Of a DNA stretch of 64,000 bases, positions 12,272-23,844 are shown in pieces. The number at the start of each line of letters is the position of its first letter. Position 1 is the stretch's first letter. The notes under the pieces were generated by a model. The model did no database searches, was not told where the DNA came from, and worked only from the letters and a program-made list of their open reading frames with translations. This stretch comes from Sphaerodactylus townsendi. Taxonomy: Eukaryota. The translations under genes and the position numbers were made by a program. Location of the stretch: positions 90,458,001 through 90,522,000 of the forward strand of contig NC_059432.1 of assembly GCF_021028975.2 (NCBI RefSeq). Direction: 5' to 3'.

Positions 12272-12763
12272 CCTGAAAATTGTTTGTAGACTTGTTCCCC
12301 TTGCAACTCTGGCCTCATACCCTGACATACTCTTCCTCTAACCTCTGCTTTCTCACTGATATCACCCCCAGATGCTCAAACATCTCTTGCTTCCAGTCAT
12401 CTGTGAAGCTTCCGTCTGCTGCCATTGGATGTGGATCTCCATTCTTAAACAAATGAAGGGTTCTGCCACTCTCACTAACTTCAAAATCCTCCTCAATGCC
12501 TTTCTTTCACACAGGGTCTTTTCCCACATTTTAAATCCATGGCATTGAGCTCTCAAACATTCATCCTTTATTACTGTTTCTTTGACACCAAAGCCTGGAA
12601 GTTTCTTGTGTCATAATAAGGGAATGTCTTCTGTTGAACCAGTGCAGAACGTAGACAGATGCCCTAGGAAACAGATTATTGCTTGGAACCATTTTTATGG
12701 GTGGAATAAAACTGCTTGGTCCCATGTGACTTTCCCATCTTTCCCAAACTGCTGCAGCACAAG

Positions 12764-13583
12764 CAGAGGTGTATGGGGGGCAAATGGAACCCGGAGACAT
12801 CTCCAGGCATGCCCTCCACTAAGAGGCGGGTCACAAGTGTGGCCACGCCTTCCAGCCCCACCCCCTGGCCTCCATTCCTTTAAAAGCCAGAAAACCCAGC
12901 TTTTAAAGGCACAGAGGCCAGGGGCAGAGCTTGGGGTGGGGCCACACCCTGAGCCCCAGCCTCCTTGCAGGTCAGGGGATGGGGCTCAGGGGCAGGCCCC
13001 ACCCCCAGCCTCCATGCTTTTAAAAGCACATCCCTTGGTTTCTGCTCTCTCCTGGTTCTGGGGAGGACAGAAACTGTGCTGCAGTGAGCCTGGGAGGATG
13101 GAGCACCGCCGCCCCACTTCACCCTCCCTGGAGCCTGGCTCCTATGCTCCCCATGGCCTGGGGAGGGCAGAAGCCAGCCTCCAGGCCAGAGATGCACTTT
13201 TAAAAACACGGAGGCTGGGGGGGCTTGGGGGGGACCACGGCTCCTGAGCCCTGCCCTCCATGCAGGCTGGGGGTGGGGCAGTGTGGTGGGACCCCACCCC
13301 TGTGACCTGCCCTCCTTTTAAAAGCATGTCTCTAGCCTGGAGGCTGGCTTTTGCTCTCCTCAGGTTCTGGAGGGCAGAAGCCTGGTTGTAGGCAGCCCAG
13401 GAAGGGGGAGTGTCATCGCCCGCCACAATGCCCCCCCTCCCTGGAGCTTGGCTCCTGCTCTCCACAGGCCCTGAGGAGGGCAGAAGCTGGGATGCCAGGA
13501 GGGGGCAGGCCACTCCAAGTGACTGAAAGGTGTGTGCCCAGGGACATAAGTATCCCCATGTCCCCATTGACGGTATGCCCCTG
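12764..13583. mobile_element. GC-rich non-autonomous element (hAT-like ends) with internal direct and inverted repeats
   Basis: Ends cagaggtgta / tatgcccctg; two ~300-bp related units punctuated by ttttaaaa; TSD not clean. Confidence 0.55.
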
Positions 13584-15148
13584 ACCCAAGGTGCCCCCAG
13601 AAAGGCTGTTCCTGGTGGTCCCCTTTCCTCCTCCCCACCCACAACAGCATTTTGTGGCATGTTTGGAGGTGCAGTGGAAGGAAGAAAACAAGAAGGGGAG
13701 TTTGAAGTCCTTTCACCCATGGAAATTCTGTTCTCATTCTAAATGGTCAAGAGAAAATCAGACAAGAATTTATGAAGAAATCAAGTTGGCTAAGTAAATA
13801 GTTGGGAAAGCATCCTAAACCGTTCGCATCCCTTTGGGTTTAGCCTTTGAGTTTAGTGGGGATGGGGAACTTTAAGCAAGCGCTTAGCTTTATGGAGGTC
13901 TTAAGCGCATTTTTGAGCATAGCAAGAAAGGGCTTACTTAGCTTCGAAGGCATGTGGTTGGCAAGCTAAGTAGTACAGGGAAACACTTCAAACATCTAAT
14001 GAAAACTGACAGCACACTCAGCAAAAATATTATTTCTCCATTGCATGACAGTAGATATCTATCAGTCAGCAAATTTTAAATAACACAGATGTCAAGAACC
14101 TCAAAATAACACTTTGGGTAGTACAAGAATGAGATGAACGGAGGCCCTTCATACTTCTGATTGTGGCTGTCCCTTCACCCCCTCCCCAAAATAGCCGTGA
14201 CATAACATTTTCAGCATCTGACTCCTCGCTATCCTGAGACATCTGGAGCCATTTAGATCTAGTCAAATCTCATGTAAAGTGTGGGCTTGTAAATGGGCAG
14301 CATTTGGCACTGAACTGGTTTGAAATTTTCTCAGGTGAAAAGTGCCGAAAGGATGGGCGAATGGAAAAGCCATCTTCACCGTGAATGAATCCACAGCCTT
14401 CTGTGCCTTCTTTTGACTTCATCCAGTGAAATAAAAAGGCCTAAAACAAACAAATAAACAAAAACTCGGAGGCACTGTTTATAGGAGTAAATATCATTGG
14501 TAAAATTGAGCAAAGCACTTACAGCGGAGTGGCTTGGATGGAGTCCAAACTGTTCAGTTGTTAATGCATTATTTATATTAACAAAACAAAATGTCTGGAT
14601 GGGCCAGAGCTTTGCTGACATGTTTACCAAGATTAGGATTTTAGTCATTAACTGACAGTTATTTATCAGCTGAAAGGTTCTTTTTTTAAAAAGAGAGAGA
14701 GATAATGCTCTTGTGCTGAACATATACTCCTGGTTACCCAGAAGGACTTTGTTCTTACATATAAGGAACAAATAGGGAGACCAAGAGACAAGGACACCTC
14801 CACTCGTAGGGCACAAGTAGATGTTACAGGTCTAACCTGTGGATGCCACCATCATTTTACAGCTGAATTCAAGCAGTTGAAAAATGTCACAAGGGCTCTG
14901 TCTCAATTTTTAAAATTGTTTCAGTGCTAGCCACTTTGAAGTTCTTTGATGGAAGAAACGACAAAAGAATAATACAATAATAGATAAAGACTTCCAAAAT
15001 GTCCCTTCTTCTGGAACACATTGATATTGTCAGGGTCATCATCAGCCATGAATGACATTAAACCACAGACTGTCTGAGAGGTTAACTGGACTTCTGGTCC
15101 TTAAGTCACTACTAGTGGAACCCTAAGGGGAAAGACGTTCTTCTAAAC

Positions 15149-15296
15149 CAGGGGTAGGGAACCTGCGGCTCTCCAGATGTTCAGGAACTACAATTCCCAT
15201 CAGCCTCTATCAGCATGGCCAATTGGCCATGCTGGTAGGGGCTGATGGGAATTGTAGTTCCTGAACATCTGGAGAGCCGCAGGTTCCCTACCCCTG
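15149..15296. mobile_element. Near-perfect palindromic hAT MITE
   Basis: caggggtagggaacctgcggctctccagatgttcaggaactacaattccc is mirrored exactly at the right end; 8-bp TSD ttctaaac at 15141-15148 and 15297-15304. Confidence 0.95.
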
Positions 15297-15309
15297 TTCT
15301 AAACCATAG

Positions 15310-15440
15310 GCAGGGTCAGCCCTGGTTAGTATTTGGGTGGAACTCTAAGCAGAGTTAGAAAAGGCAAACCACCTCTGAACATCTCTTATTTTGAAAACCC
15401 CATGAGATCACCTTGAGTTGGCTTTGAGATAATGACAAAA
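15310..15440 (+). mobile_element. 5S-derived SINE fragment with RTE-type tail
   Basis: gcagggtcagccctggttagtatttgggtgg (5S IE/box C), then ggcaaaccacctctgaacatctctt..ttgaaaaccccatg. Confidence 0.7.
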
Positions 15441-15665
15441 ACAATCAAACCCTCTACTTAGCGCTGCATCCTATGTCCCCTTAGGAAGTCATAGAAAGTC
15501 TTCAGTTCAAGCAGCTTTATGAGTTCTGTTTCTCTTTCTACTATTTTCTACTTTGGCTGATCTTGTCTCTGAGTAACTGCCTCTCTTCCTCAAGACACCT
15601 TTGTCAGTACAGGAAAGCATCTCTGTGCATGTTTTCACCTGCATAGTTGTTCCTGGCCTGGACAC

Positions 15666-15680
15666 GCTGCCCTCTAGAGG
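15666..15680 (-). promoter_or_regulatory. Candidate CTCF site
   Basis: Reverse complement CCTCTAGAGGGCAGC closely fits the CTCF core consensus; motif match only. Confidence 0.4.
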
Positions 15681-15945
15681 GAGGTGCTTCCTACAGAAGA
15701 GAGAGGGTAAGTAGTTGCCTGGCAACAGGGTCCAGGGATGAGGGAGAAACTCCAAGATGGGGAGAGAGCCAAAGAAAAAGCTAAGGCTTCTTTTCCTCCT
15801 GGAGAATTTTTAAAGAAGACATTCCTGGGAAAACAGACTGGGGAGATGGAGAAAAACAGCAGAAAAGTGGTTGTCTTCTCAAATGTACCAACAATCATCA
15901 GACAATAATATGGCCTCTTGGTGACTGTAATAAAACAGTTTTCTC

Positions 15946-16030
15946 TGTGTGTGTGTGTGCGCGCGCGCGCATGCGCACGCGCACGCAAGCATGCACGCAT
16001 GAGCCTGCCTGCCTGCCTGTCTGCCTGATG
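15946..16030. repeat. Alternating purine-pyrimidine tract (TG)n(CG)n followed by (CCTG)n
   Basis: tgtgtgtgtgtgtgcgcgcgcgcgcatgcgcacgcgcacgc. Confidence 0.9.
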
Positions 16031-16032
16031 CC

Positions 16033-16103
16033 TGTGACTTCGCCATGAAGTCACATCTGACCTATTTTGAGTCCATAGGGTTTTCAAGGCAAGAGACGTT
16101 CAG
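16033..16103 (-). mobile_element. RTE-type SINE/LINE tail fragment
   Basis: aagtcacatctgacctat...catagggttttcaaggcaagagacgttcag is the same tail as at 4415 and 30172. Confidence 0.6.
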
Positions 16104-17244
16104 CAGACTGTCAGGAAAAATAGCTACAAAACTTTCTTCTCTTTTTGCCATAGGTTTGGGACTGTCATTAGAATTTTATTCATACCACTTGTTAAATCTC
16201 CCAGACTGACCTTATTGTTTCCCTCACTTTTCAATAAAGTTATTTGTTCAAGTGTGTTCATTGTTTTGAATGGGGCACTGGTTATCTGGAAAGGGTTACA
16301 CCAATTAAAAATAACAGTCAACGTGTTAAAAATCTTTAAAACAACAGCATGTAGCATAAACACAATCTGGACAGTGCAATCCTAAAAACACTGTCCGGGG
16401 AATAAGTCCCATTGACTAAGTCCTTAAAAGTAAGTCCAGTATGTCAAGGATCATAGCATGAACTGCAGTACAACAGAGGGCCACACACATATGCCAACAA
16501 GCCAAGGAAAACACTCTATGGTTTGATGTTTTAATCCAGTTCTAGATGGGAGCATGATACCCCTCCAATGAGGGGCAGAAAGGAGTCTTGAAGATGGACT
16601 TTGGAGTGCTATGTTTGAAACTTCATAAGGAATCATAAAGCCTGAACAATAATGAATCTTTTTTTTAAGGTAACTGTGTCATTTTCAGTGTTGGAATCCA
16701 CAGCTAAATGTATTTTGGCTGTGAATGAACATAAACTATAAAAGAGATAAGAAACTCAAGACATTTTTTTTTGCGCTGGTGGAAGGCTTTGTCTTCATAC
16801 CATTTAAAACCGGGAAAATATCAAATTAGTTCTAGACGCCGAGCTGAAGAAATTAATTTCAGTGACAAAAATAAACTGGATCTAATTAGTAGTCCCTGAG
16901 CAGTAGCTCATTAGCTTGGTAGGTAAGTAAATGAAATCTCAGCAATAGTAAATGAGAGGATCTGTCTTTGGTTATGCTTAGGATTTATGAGATGCCCATA
17001 ATTCTTTAAAGTTTCTTAGAATAAAGCAATGAGATTTTTTAATGGAGCCACTTTATTCAACTTCTTTATGAACTGCTATCACTTTGTAAAACTGTTAGTA
17101 TATGTTAATGAGGAAGCTAATCTCAAGACTGACCATTTTTGACTGTCAGGTCTCTATAGCTTCTCATACTGAGGACTCATTATGATGAGGTTCATTTTTT
17201 TAATAAAAAAGCCAATAGTGTATCAAGCTAATGGTATATATGTC

Positions 17245-17358
17245 GTGCTATGGTTATCTGGAATAACATAGCCTGCCTTTGGAGACTGTTCAGAAGCTTC
17301 TACAAATCTAGAATGCAACTGCAAGATTGCTGACTGGCACCAGCTATTGAGAATGTAT
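17245..17358 (+). mobile_element. Old L2 RT fragment
   Basis: Translates LPLETVQKLLQI*NATARLLTGT, homologous to the LPLRLIWKLKLVQHAAARLLTG segment of the L2 at 2484-3487. Confidence 0.65.
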
Positions 17359-17669
17359 TCATACAAAGAGGGACTTGTAAGGGGCATTTCATTTCCCTCT
17401 GAATCTCCTCCCCATTGTGTCCTCTATAGTTCTATGGAAGCCTCTAAGGCTTCTTCCCTTTCCTCCTTCTTTTTCTTTTTCCCATTTAAATGGTAGAGAA
17501 CTCTCAAGGACTTGTGGAAGTCACATCACTTTTCCCTGTATCTCCCTCCTGGCATCCCTCATATCCTGCCTGATTCTCTCCTTCTCAGCAATTCGCCAAC
17601 CTCTGCCTCCCATCTTTAGCTATATTTACTATTTCCCTTACTTCCTTTATAGCCTACCTTCCTCCACAG

Positions 17670-18760
17670 TGGAACCAAAGCACCTCACATCACTCTCCTC
17701 ATTTTTATGCTCACAACAACCCTGTGAGGTAGGTTAGGTTGAAGCTTAGTCCAAAAATCACCCAGGGAGTCTCCACAGCAAGATGGGGATTGAAGCCTGA
17801 GTTCCCCCAGTTTTCATAGGGTGGCTGCTATTGAACAGTAGCAGGCAGCCAGCCCTAGGTGAGACATGTAAGTTCAAAAGTATCAAGTCACCAACAAGGG
17901 GGGGACCTCACTTTCTCCTGTATCCCCTCCTTATATTATTTCCCTTTTACCACCCCATATCCTCTGTGCTTTCCCTATCTCATTTTCCCCTTCTCAACCA
18001 TTTACCAACCTATCTTTTATCTACCTCCTATCTTCAGCTACATTTTTTATTTATTTTCTTCGCTTGTAACACACCTTCTATGGTGGGGCCTTCTATGTGC
18101 ACAGTAGATGTTCTGCTGAGTCAAAGTCACTCCCACTTGTGCTGAGTCAAGGTCACTCCCACTATTCTTTTGCTGCTGCTGCAAAACAAGATTCTTTAAA
18201 GATGTTTCCAACAGGTTGTTGGAATGTTTCCAATAGGTTATATTACCTATCTATACATTTTTATCTCTGCCTTCCTCTAAGGAGCTTCTGGAAATGTATG
18301 CAGTTTCTTCATACTATGTCCTCACATAGTAGGTTAGACTGAGAGAGAGAGAGACTGGTCCCAGGTCATTCAGTTTGTTTCATGACTGAGTGACAATTTG
18401 ATTCCATATCCTCCAGGTCCTTCTTCAAATTCTAGTCATTTAACCATTGGGTCTTTCTATGCAATATTATTGCACATTAATACTATTCTACAATATACAC
18501 AGTTGCCTGGGTTACCATAAATATGACTATATCCATTTATTTGGGGTATTTATATATCCCATCTTTCATCCAGTATAGTCAGGACCCACATGTGTTTCAC
18601 AGCTGTCTGGCACAGCAAAACACTTAACGTGATAATGAGAGCTCAGGGCAGTATACAATATTTCTGTCCTCAATTTTTTTTCACACAACAGCCTACTGAG
18701 GTTGTTCAGATTGAGAGAGAGTGATTGGTCCTCAAATGTGATAGATGTAGCTTGAGGAAC
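17670..18760 (-). mobile_element. Cluster of three degraded Squam3/MIR-like SINEs (~17670-17808, ~18250-18450, ~18540-18760)
   Basis: Each carries a variant of cacaacaaccctgtgaggtaggttaggctgagag..ggcccaaggtcaccca. Confidence 0.6.
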
Positions 18761-19701
18761 GCTGATGGTGGTAACCCTGTTCTACATTTCCACCATACTC
18801 TTCCTTTTCCACCTCACACTTTCTCTTCGTACTTCATGTGTCTAGCACGGCAAATGGTGCAGTACTCAGGGTATATCCAACAAGCACAAAGCCGTTCTTC
18901 CTTTTCATAGAATGACAGTTGGTAGATGGCCCATGCAAGAGCTTTTATTTAAAAATGAATTGTCACATAGCAATTTAACCCTTCAAGACAAAACATTAGA
19001 ATGAAAATTCTCTCCACTATAGAGACTATAACCAGGAGCAGTTAGAAGTCCTGGAGAGGCTCTGGGCACTCCCCCCCCCCACCTTACAGAAATCTCCAGG
19101 CTAAACTGTTGGAGGTGGTGTCCACAAGTATTGAGAAAGAGCCTCCCCCCTCCCAGCATGACTCTATTTTATTGATGAGTGGAAGGCCGAAAGCTGTTGA
19201 AAGGCAAATTCCTGTAATGCTCTTCCAAGCTACATCGCCATCACTTTGTCTGGGCTGGTCAGCATCAACCGTGTTCTGGGATTATTGATTTTTTATTTAT
19301 GATTTACGAAAAGTGACAGAGATGTAGAGTCTGCTGAGCAAGACAGGCGCAAGGCTGGATGATCATTCTCAGAGAAGGACGCGTTCCTCTATACAAGCAA
19401 AGCGGCAGCTGGAAAAGGTTTCAAGCTGAAGTGTGTATGTATGTGTGTACGTACCTCCACAATGCTAACACTCTCTGCATTCTTTCTGATGTCAACCTGA
19501 TAGGCACCAGTTGGTTATTCTCTGGACCAAACAGGAAGCTTCTCTGAAAAATGCTTGCTTCTTGATGGACACGGAACATCTTTGATAGAAAATGAATGGC
19601 TGATTCTGAATAGACTTCCATGACTTGTGAACCACTAACTGAGCCTAGGCATGCCGTATTTCCCAGATAGTGATAGCAGTCCTCAGTAGATCTACTTGGA
19701 A

Positions 19702-20210
19702 GAGGGTTGTCAACTCTGGGTTGGGAAATTCCCAGAAATTTGGAAGGGGTTTGGGGAGGGAAAGGGCCTCGGTGGGGTATAATGCTACAGAATCCACCTC
19801 CCAAAACACCAATTTTCTCTAGGGTTAGAATCATAGAATCCTAGAATCATAGAGTTGGAAGAGACCACAAGGGCCATCAAGTCCAACCCCCTGCAATGCA
19901 GGAACACACAATCAAAGCACTCCCAACATATGCTGATCCAGCCTTTGTTTAAAAACCTCCAAAGAAGGGGACTCCACCACTCTCCAAGGCAGTGAATTCC
20001 ACTGTTGAACAGCCCTGACGATCAGGAAGTTCTTCCTAATGTTTCGGTGGAATCTCTTTTCCTTCACCTTGAATCCATTACTCCGTGTCCAAGTCTCTGA
20101 GGCAGCAGAAAACAAGCTTGCTCCCTCTTCGACATGACATCCCTTCAAATATTTATTGCTCTCTAATCTGGAGATCAGATTTGGGAAATCTTCAGGCTCC
20201 ACCTGGGGTT
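19702..20210. mobile_element. TAGGGTTGCCA-type MITE interrupted by CR1 (pieces 19702-19825 and 20155-20210)
   Basis: agggttgtcaactctgggttgggaaattccc...attttctctaggg resumes as tgctctctaatctggagatcag...; homologous to 35782-36029 and 54745-54930. Confidence 0.65.
19826..20154 (-). mobile_element. CR1 LINE 3' end
   Basis: ORF KYLKGCHVEEGASLFS...TRSNGFKV..RFHRNIRKNFLIVRAVQQWNSLP..VVESPSLEVFKQRLD, plus octamer tail (ATTCTATG)n. Confidence 0.95.
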
Positions 20211-22459
20211 AGTGACTTGAAGTTGGGAGTAAGTCCAGTGCTATTGAGTGAGGCTTACTCTTGGGCACATGTCCTTCACATTGCTACCTGAAGCAAGCTC
20301 GGACGGCTTAGAACTGAACAGAGGGAGGGAAGCGTTGACTCGGCAAAATACAGTGCATGATTAGTGCTCAGTTTGGGGGCACAAGTTGTGCAGACCTGCT
20401 GTAGAAACTTAGGAAACTGTTATGAAGAACCAGTAAGCATGCATTCTGCACTGTGTTTATTAAGCAGCATTTGTTTCCAGATATCATACATTGTCCAGTA
20501 GAATTAGGGACACTTTAAAATGTTCAAGAGGTTCTTAGTGGTTCTACATACCACTATGCTGAAGAATTGTCCATACAGATCCTGATCCCACAGTTTATTC
20601 TGCTACGCCAATCCAGATACTAAACCAAGAGCAAAGTAGAGCCCTCTAGTCTTAATGTGGCACAAAATGGCCTTATTTTGGGTAGGAAGATAGTGAGTGT
20701 TGTCCTTTATTAGGAAGTGGTGCATACAAGGTCTCACCATCTGTAATAAAATACAAAAAGATGATCCCTGTGCAACTGTTTTAGCACACAGGCATAAATC
20801 TGGGTGTAATTCACACTTGCGTTATTGGCAGTTGTTCACTATATCATTTCCCTTTCAGCAAAGCATCTCAAAGAATCCTTCATTCCAATACAAATTTTCC
20901 ATGCCTTTCCTTTCTCATGTTTGTTCTTCTACCATCTCATCTACCCCTCCAAAATACTTTCACTTGCCTGACAAAATTAAAGAGCCATATTTGGTTCCAT
21001 ACTGAGCCACATCTGACTGTAGAACTATACAGGTTTCAGAACCCTGCTCCAGTGGAAAGACTTCTTTCTCCAATGGAAGGAATACTTAAACTCAATACTT
21101 AAATAATTATTCATTCAGATACAACATCCAAAGTAACATTGCTAATTTTAGTTCAGTTACTTAAAATGGCGCAGCCACGAACAGAATTTGGCCTATATCT
21201 TGTAACATAATCACATATAAAACTTGTGCACGCAGTAGCAAATGAACCAATTTGTCAGTTTTATTCAACTTGAGTCATCTGCTGGTAACCTATCATCTTC
21301 TGTAATTCAGAATTGTCAGTCAGCGATGATTCGCCTTGACTTCCAGCACTTATAAAGTCACAGAATGTAGTCATTTAATGAGGGATAGATAAAAATTCCA
21401 GTCAGACTCAAAGCTGGGATGTTCCTGACATATTATAAAGTCCTCTTTTCTGTCACTCAGATGCAAATTATACTAACCAATGGTCAATGCAACTCAGAAT
21501 TTATATTTTCCATTTCCTTTAAGAAAAAAAATCAGCTAGCATAATACAGGCTAAACCAACAAGAATAAAGTAATTTTACTCTCTTGTTATTTTTGGACAG
21601 GGATTGTTCTACCGCCGTTAGACTGACAGCCAAACTATACATTACATTTTCCCCTCACACTTTTTTCCCATATTTTCTGCACCCACACAGCAGTTATGGG
21701 GAACTGTTTCCAAAAGAGAGTGAGTGACAGAGAGAAAGAGAGAGAGAATGGGTGTGGAACAGCACCAGTAGGCACAGAAGGGTTCCAGCCTCTTCCTACA
21801 CGACCACCCTAGCAGTTTTCTCATGCCACCAATTTTGCTACTCTACATGAAGTATCTGTGCATGTACAGCAGCAAAATTTGTGAAATAACTCCCCCGCAT
21901 TTTGGTTCACACACGAGCAAACTGTTTGGGGATGAGAGCAGGATTTGTCCCTGCCCCTGTAGCACCATCTCAAGCCCAGGTGAGCTCTCTCTCCCTTTGA
22001 CCTGATAACCCATGGCTCTTTTGAGCACCATTCCCTAATGTAGCACCTGCCTTGTGTTTCAGTGGACAAGGCCTAATGAGGTTTCCTGCTTGACTGCTGC
22101 TTCCCACCTTGAAACGTCCATTGCCAGAGTGACCGGAGGACAGGTGAGCTGCAGGCTAGGGATAGAAGTAAAGGACAAAAAAAACCCCAAGCGGATGGAG
22201 TGATAGTTATAATAATGTATTTAGTAATTTTATCTTATATTGTTGTATGCATGTGTTGATAGAGGGGTGCACAGGGCTTACAATAGTTACATGACTCTTT
22301 TGGTTTCTGATCACTGAGAACGTGGCTCTCTGCAAGCGGTGGACTGAGCATCACTGGTCCACACATTTGACTTTCTCCATCTTTTCTCCAGTACTTTATG
22401 CAGTTGAAAACTCAGTGCCTTGGGTATACATTGTTCGAGAACAATCCTATGGTACACAA

Positions 22460-22643
22460 NNNNNNNNNNNNNNNNNNNNNNNNNNNNNNNNNNNNNNNNN
22501 NNNNNNNNNNNNNNNNNNNNNNNNNNNNNNNNNNNNNNNNNNNNNNNNNNNNNNNNNNNNNNNNNNNNNNNNNNNNNNNNNNNNNNNNNNNNNNNNNNNN
22601 NNNNNNNNNNNNNNNNNNNNNNNNNNNNNNNNNNNNNNNNNNN
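22460..22643. other. N-run (184 nt)
   Basis: Direct reading of the sequence. Confidence 0.99.
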
Positions 22644-23523
22644 TAATTCTGTGGCAAGAACTGGAGGGCCTCCCCATGGCTGCTTACTACAGTGGTAACA
22701 AACCAAACTTACTTATGTTTCTCGGCGTAACATTGCTCCAAAAATTCATTTTTTTCATAACAACTATCCAGAATCTGCTTCCTCAACATCTGGAGCTGCC
22801 AGTGGCATTCATGCAATTTAGGCTATGGAACAACAACAAACTTTCCACCTTTTCATGCCAAGAAGAGGAGAAATCTCAGTTCCCAGAAAATTTTTGATTG
22901 AAGGCGCTGATTATATGCAGGCAGTTAGCTTCGCTTGGGATGACCGTGAATGTTTGTAAACTCTTCTGTCATTTATGGGAAAATTATCCAAAGTGGAAAA
23001 GATGAACAAAGCAATTCCACCCTAAGGGGAGCGAGAGATGGGTTAGAAATTCTTTGTAGGCTGCACAGTTGGTTGCAGATCCTATGAGGACCAAGGCTTT
23101 GAAAACCTTTAACAAAGGCAGTACCTTCACTGTTTGACGTGAAGTTAACATGAGCAAGGGCAGGTTTGGGAATTTACGAGGCCATGTGAAGAGGCTTTAC
23201 AATGCCACTCGACTGTTTAATGGAATATTCGAAAGATGTGATCTGCTTAGCACTGTAAACTGTGGTTTTAACTTTTAGAACCATGATGCTTTTTTCTGCA
23301 TGGGCATTTTGTTGTGCTTTTTAAGAGCCTCGGAAGAGTACTAGTGGTTGGGACCTGTTTTGTACAGCACGCAGCCTGATGCTTCTGGGAAGAGCAAGGC
23401 ATACAGACATCCATCCTTCCCTATGACCTCTGCACCCAAAATTAAACTTTTCTTGGGTGCCAGTCTCTGCTCCTTACCCAATATGCAGTTCAAAGCAAAC
23501 TTCTCAGAAGTCACATGTGCATA

Positions 23524-23767
23524 GGGATGGTTCAGTGGCACATCTGCTTTGAATGCTCAGTGGTATAACTCAGTGGTAGGACATCTGCTTTGAATGCAGA
23601 AGGTTCCAGGTTCAATTCCTAGCGTCTCCTGGTGTTTTTTTAAAAAAAGTCATGTGATAGATGCTATAAAAGACCTTGAGATCCTGGAGAACTGCTGCCA
23701 ATCTGAGAAGACAGTACTGTCTTTGAGGGACCAAGAGTCTGATTCAGTATAATGCAGTTTCATGTGT
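23524..23767 (+). mobile_element. tRNA-derived SINE, second family (Squam2-like), with partly duplicated head
   Basis: Box A ctcagtggtag, box B ggttcaattcc, body aaagaccttgagatcctggagaactgctgcca..gtctgattcagtataatgcagtttcatgtg. Confidence 0.8.
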
Positions 23768-23844
23768 CTCCCTGGCTGCTCAGTTATAGATTATTGAGGT
23801 GATCCACCTTATGGTTGTGTAGAGTGAAGTACAAAGGTTTAAGC

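Noticed and set aside
12582-13720. Long ORFs of 221 aa and 192 aa as protein-coding genes
   Set aside because: They lie in a GC-rich, stop-poor repetitive element; the peptides are low-complexity Pro/Gly/Ala with no domain or splice context
14330-14410. LF-SINE remnant
   Set aside because: Only two short word matches to the consensus as I recall it; insufficient
19172-19197. Hammerhead-like ttgatga..ccgaaagctg
   Set aside because: No pairable stem II or flanking stems; no Penelope context
22311-22897. ORFs spanning N-runs (also at 43.4-44.2, 49.1-49.5 and 60.2-60.5 kb)
   Set aside because: Length is an artefact of X codons
23560-23630. tRNA gene (also 32090-32159 and 37750-37810)
   Set aside because: A/B boxes are present but continue into a shared SINE body; no clean cloverleaf
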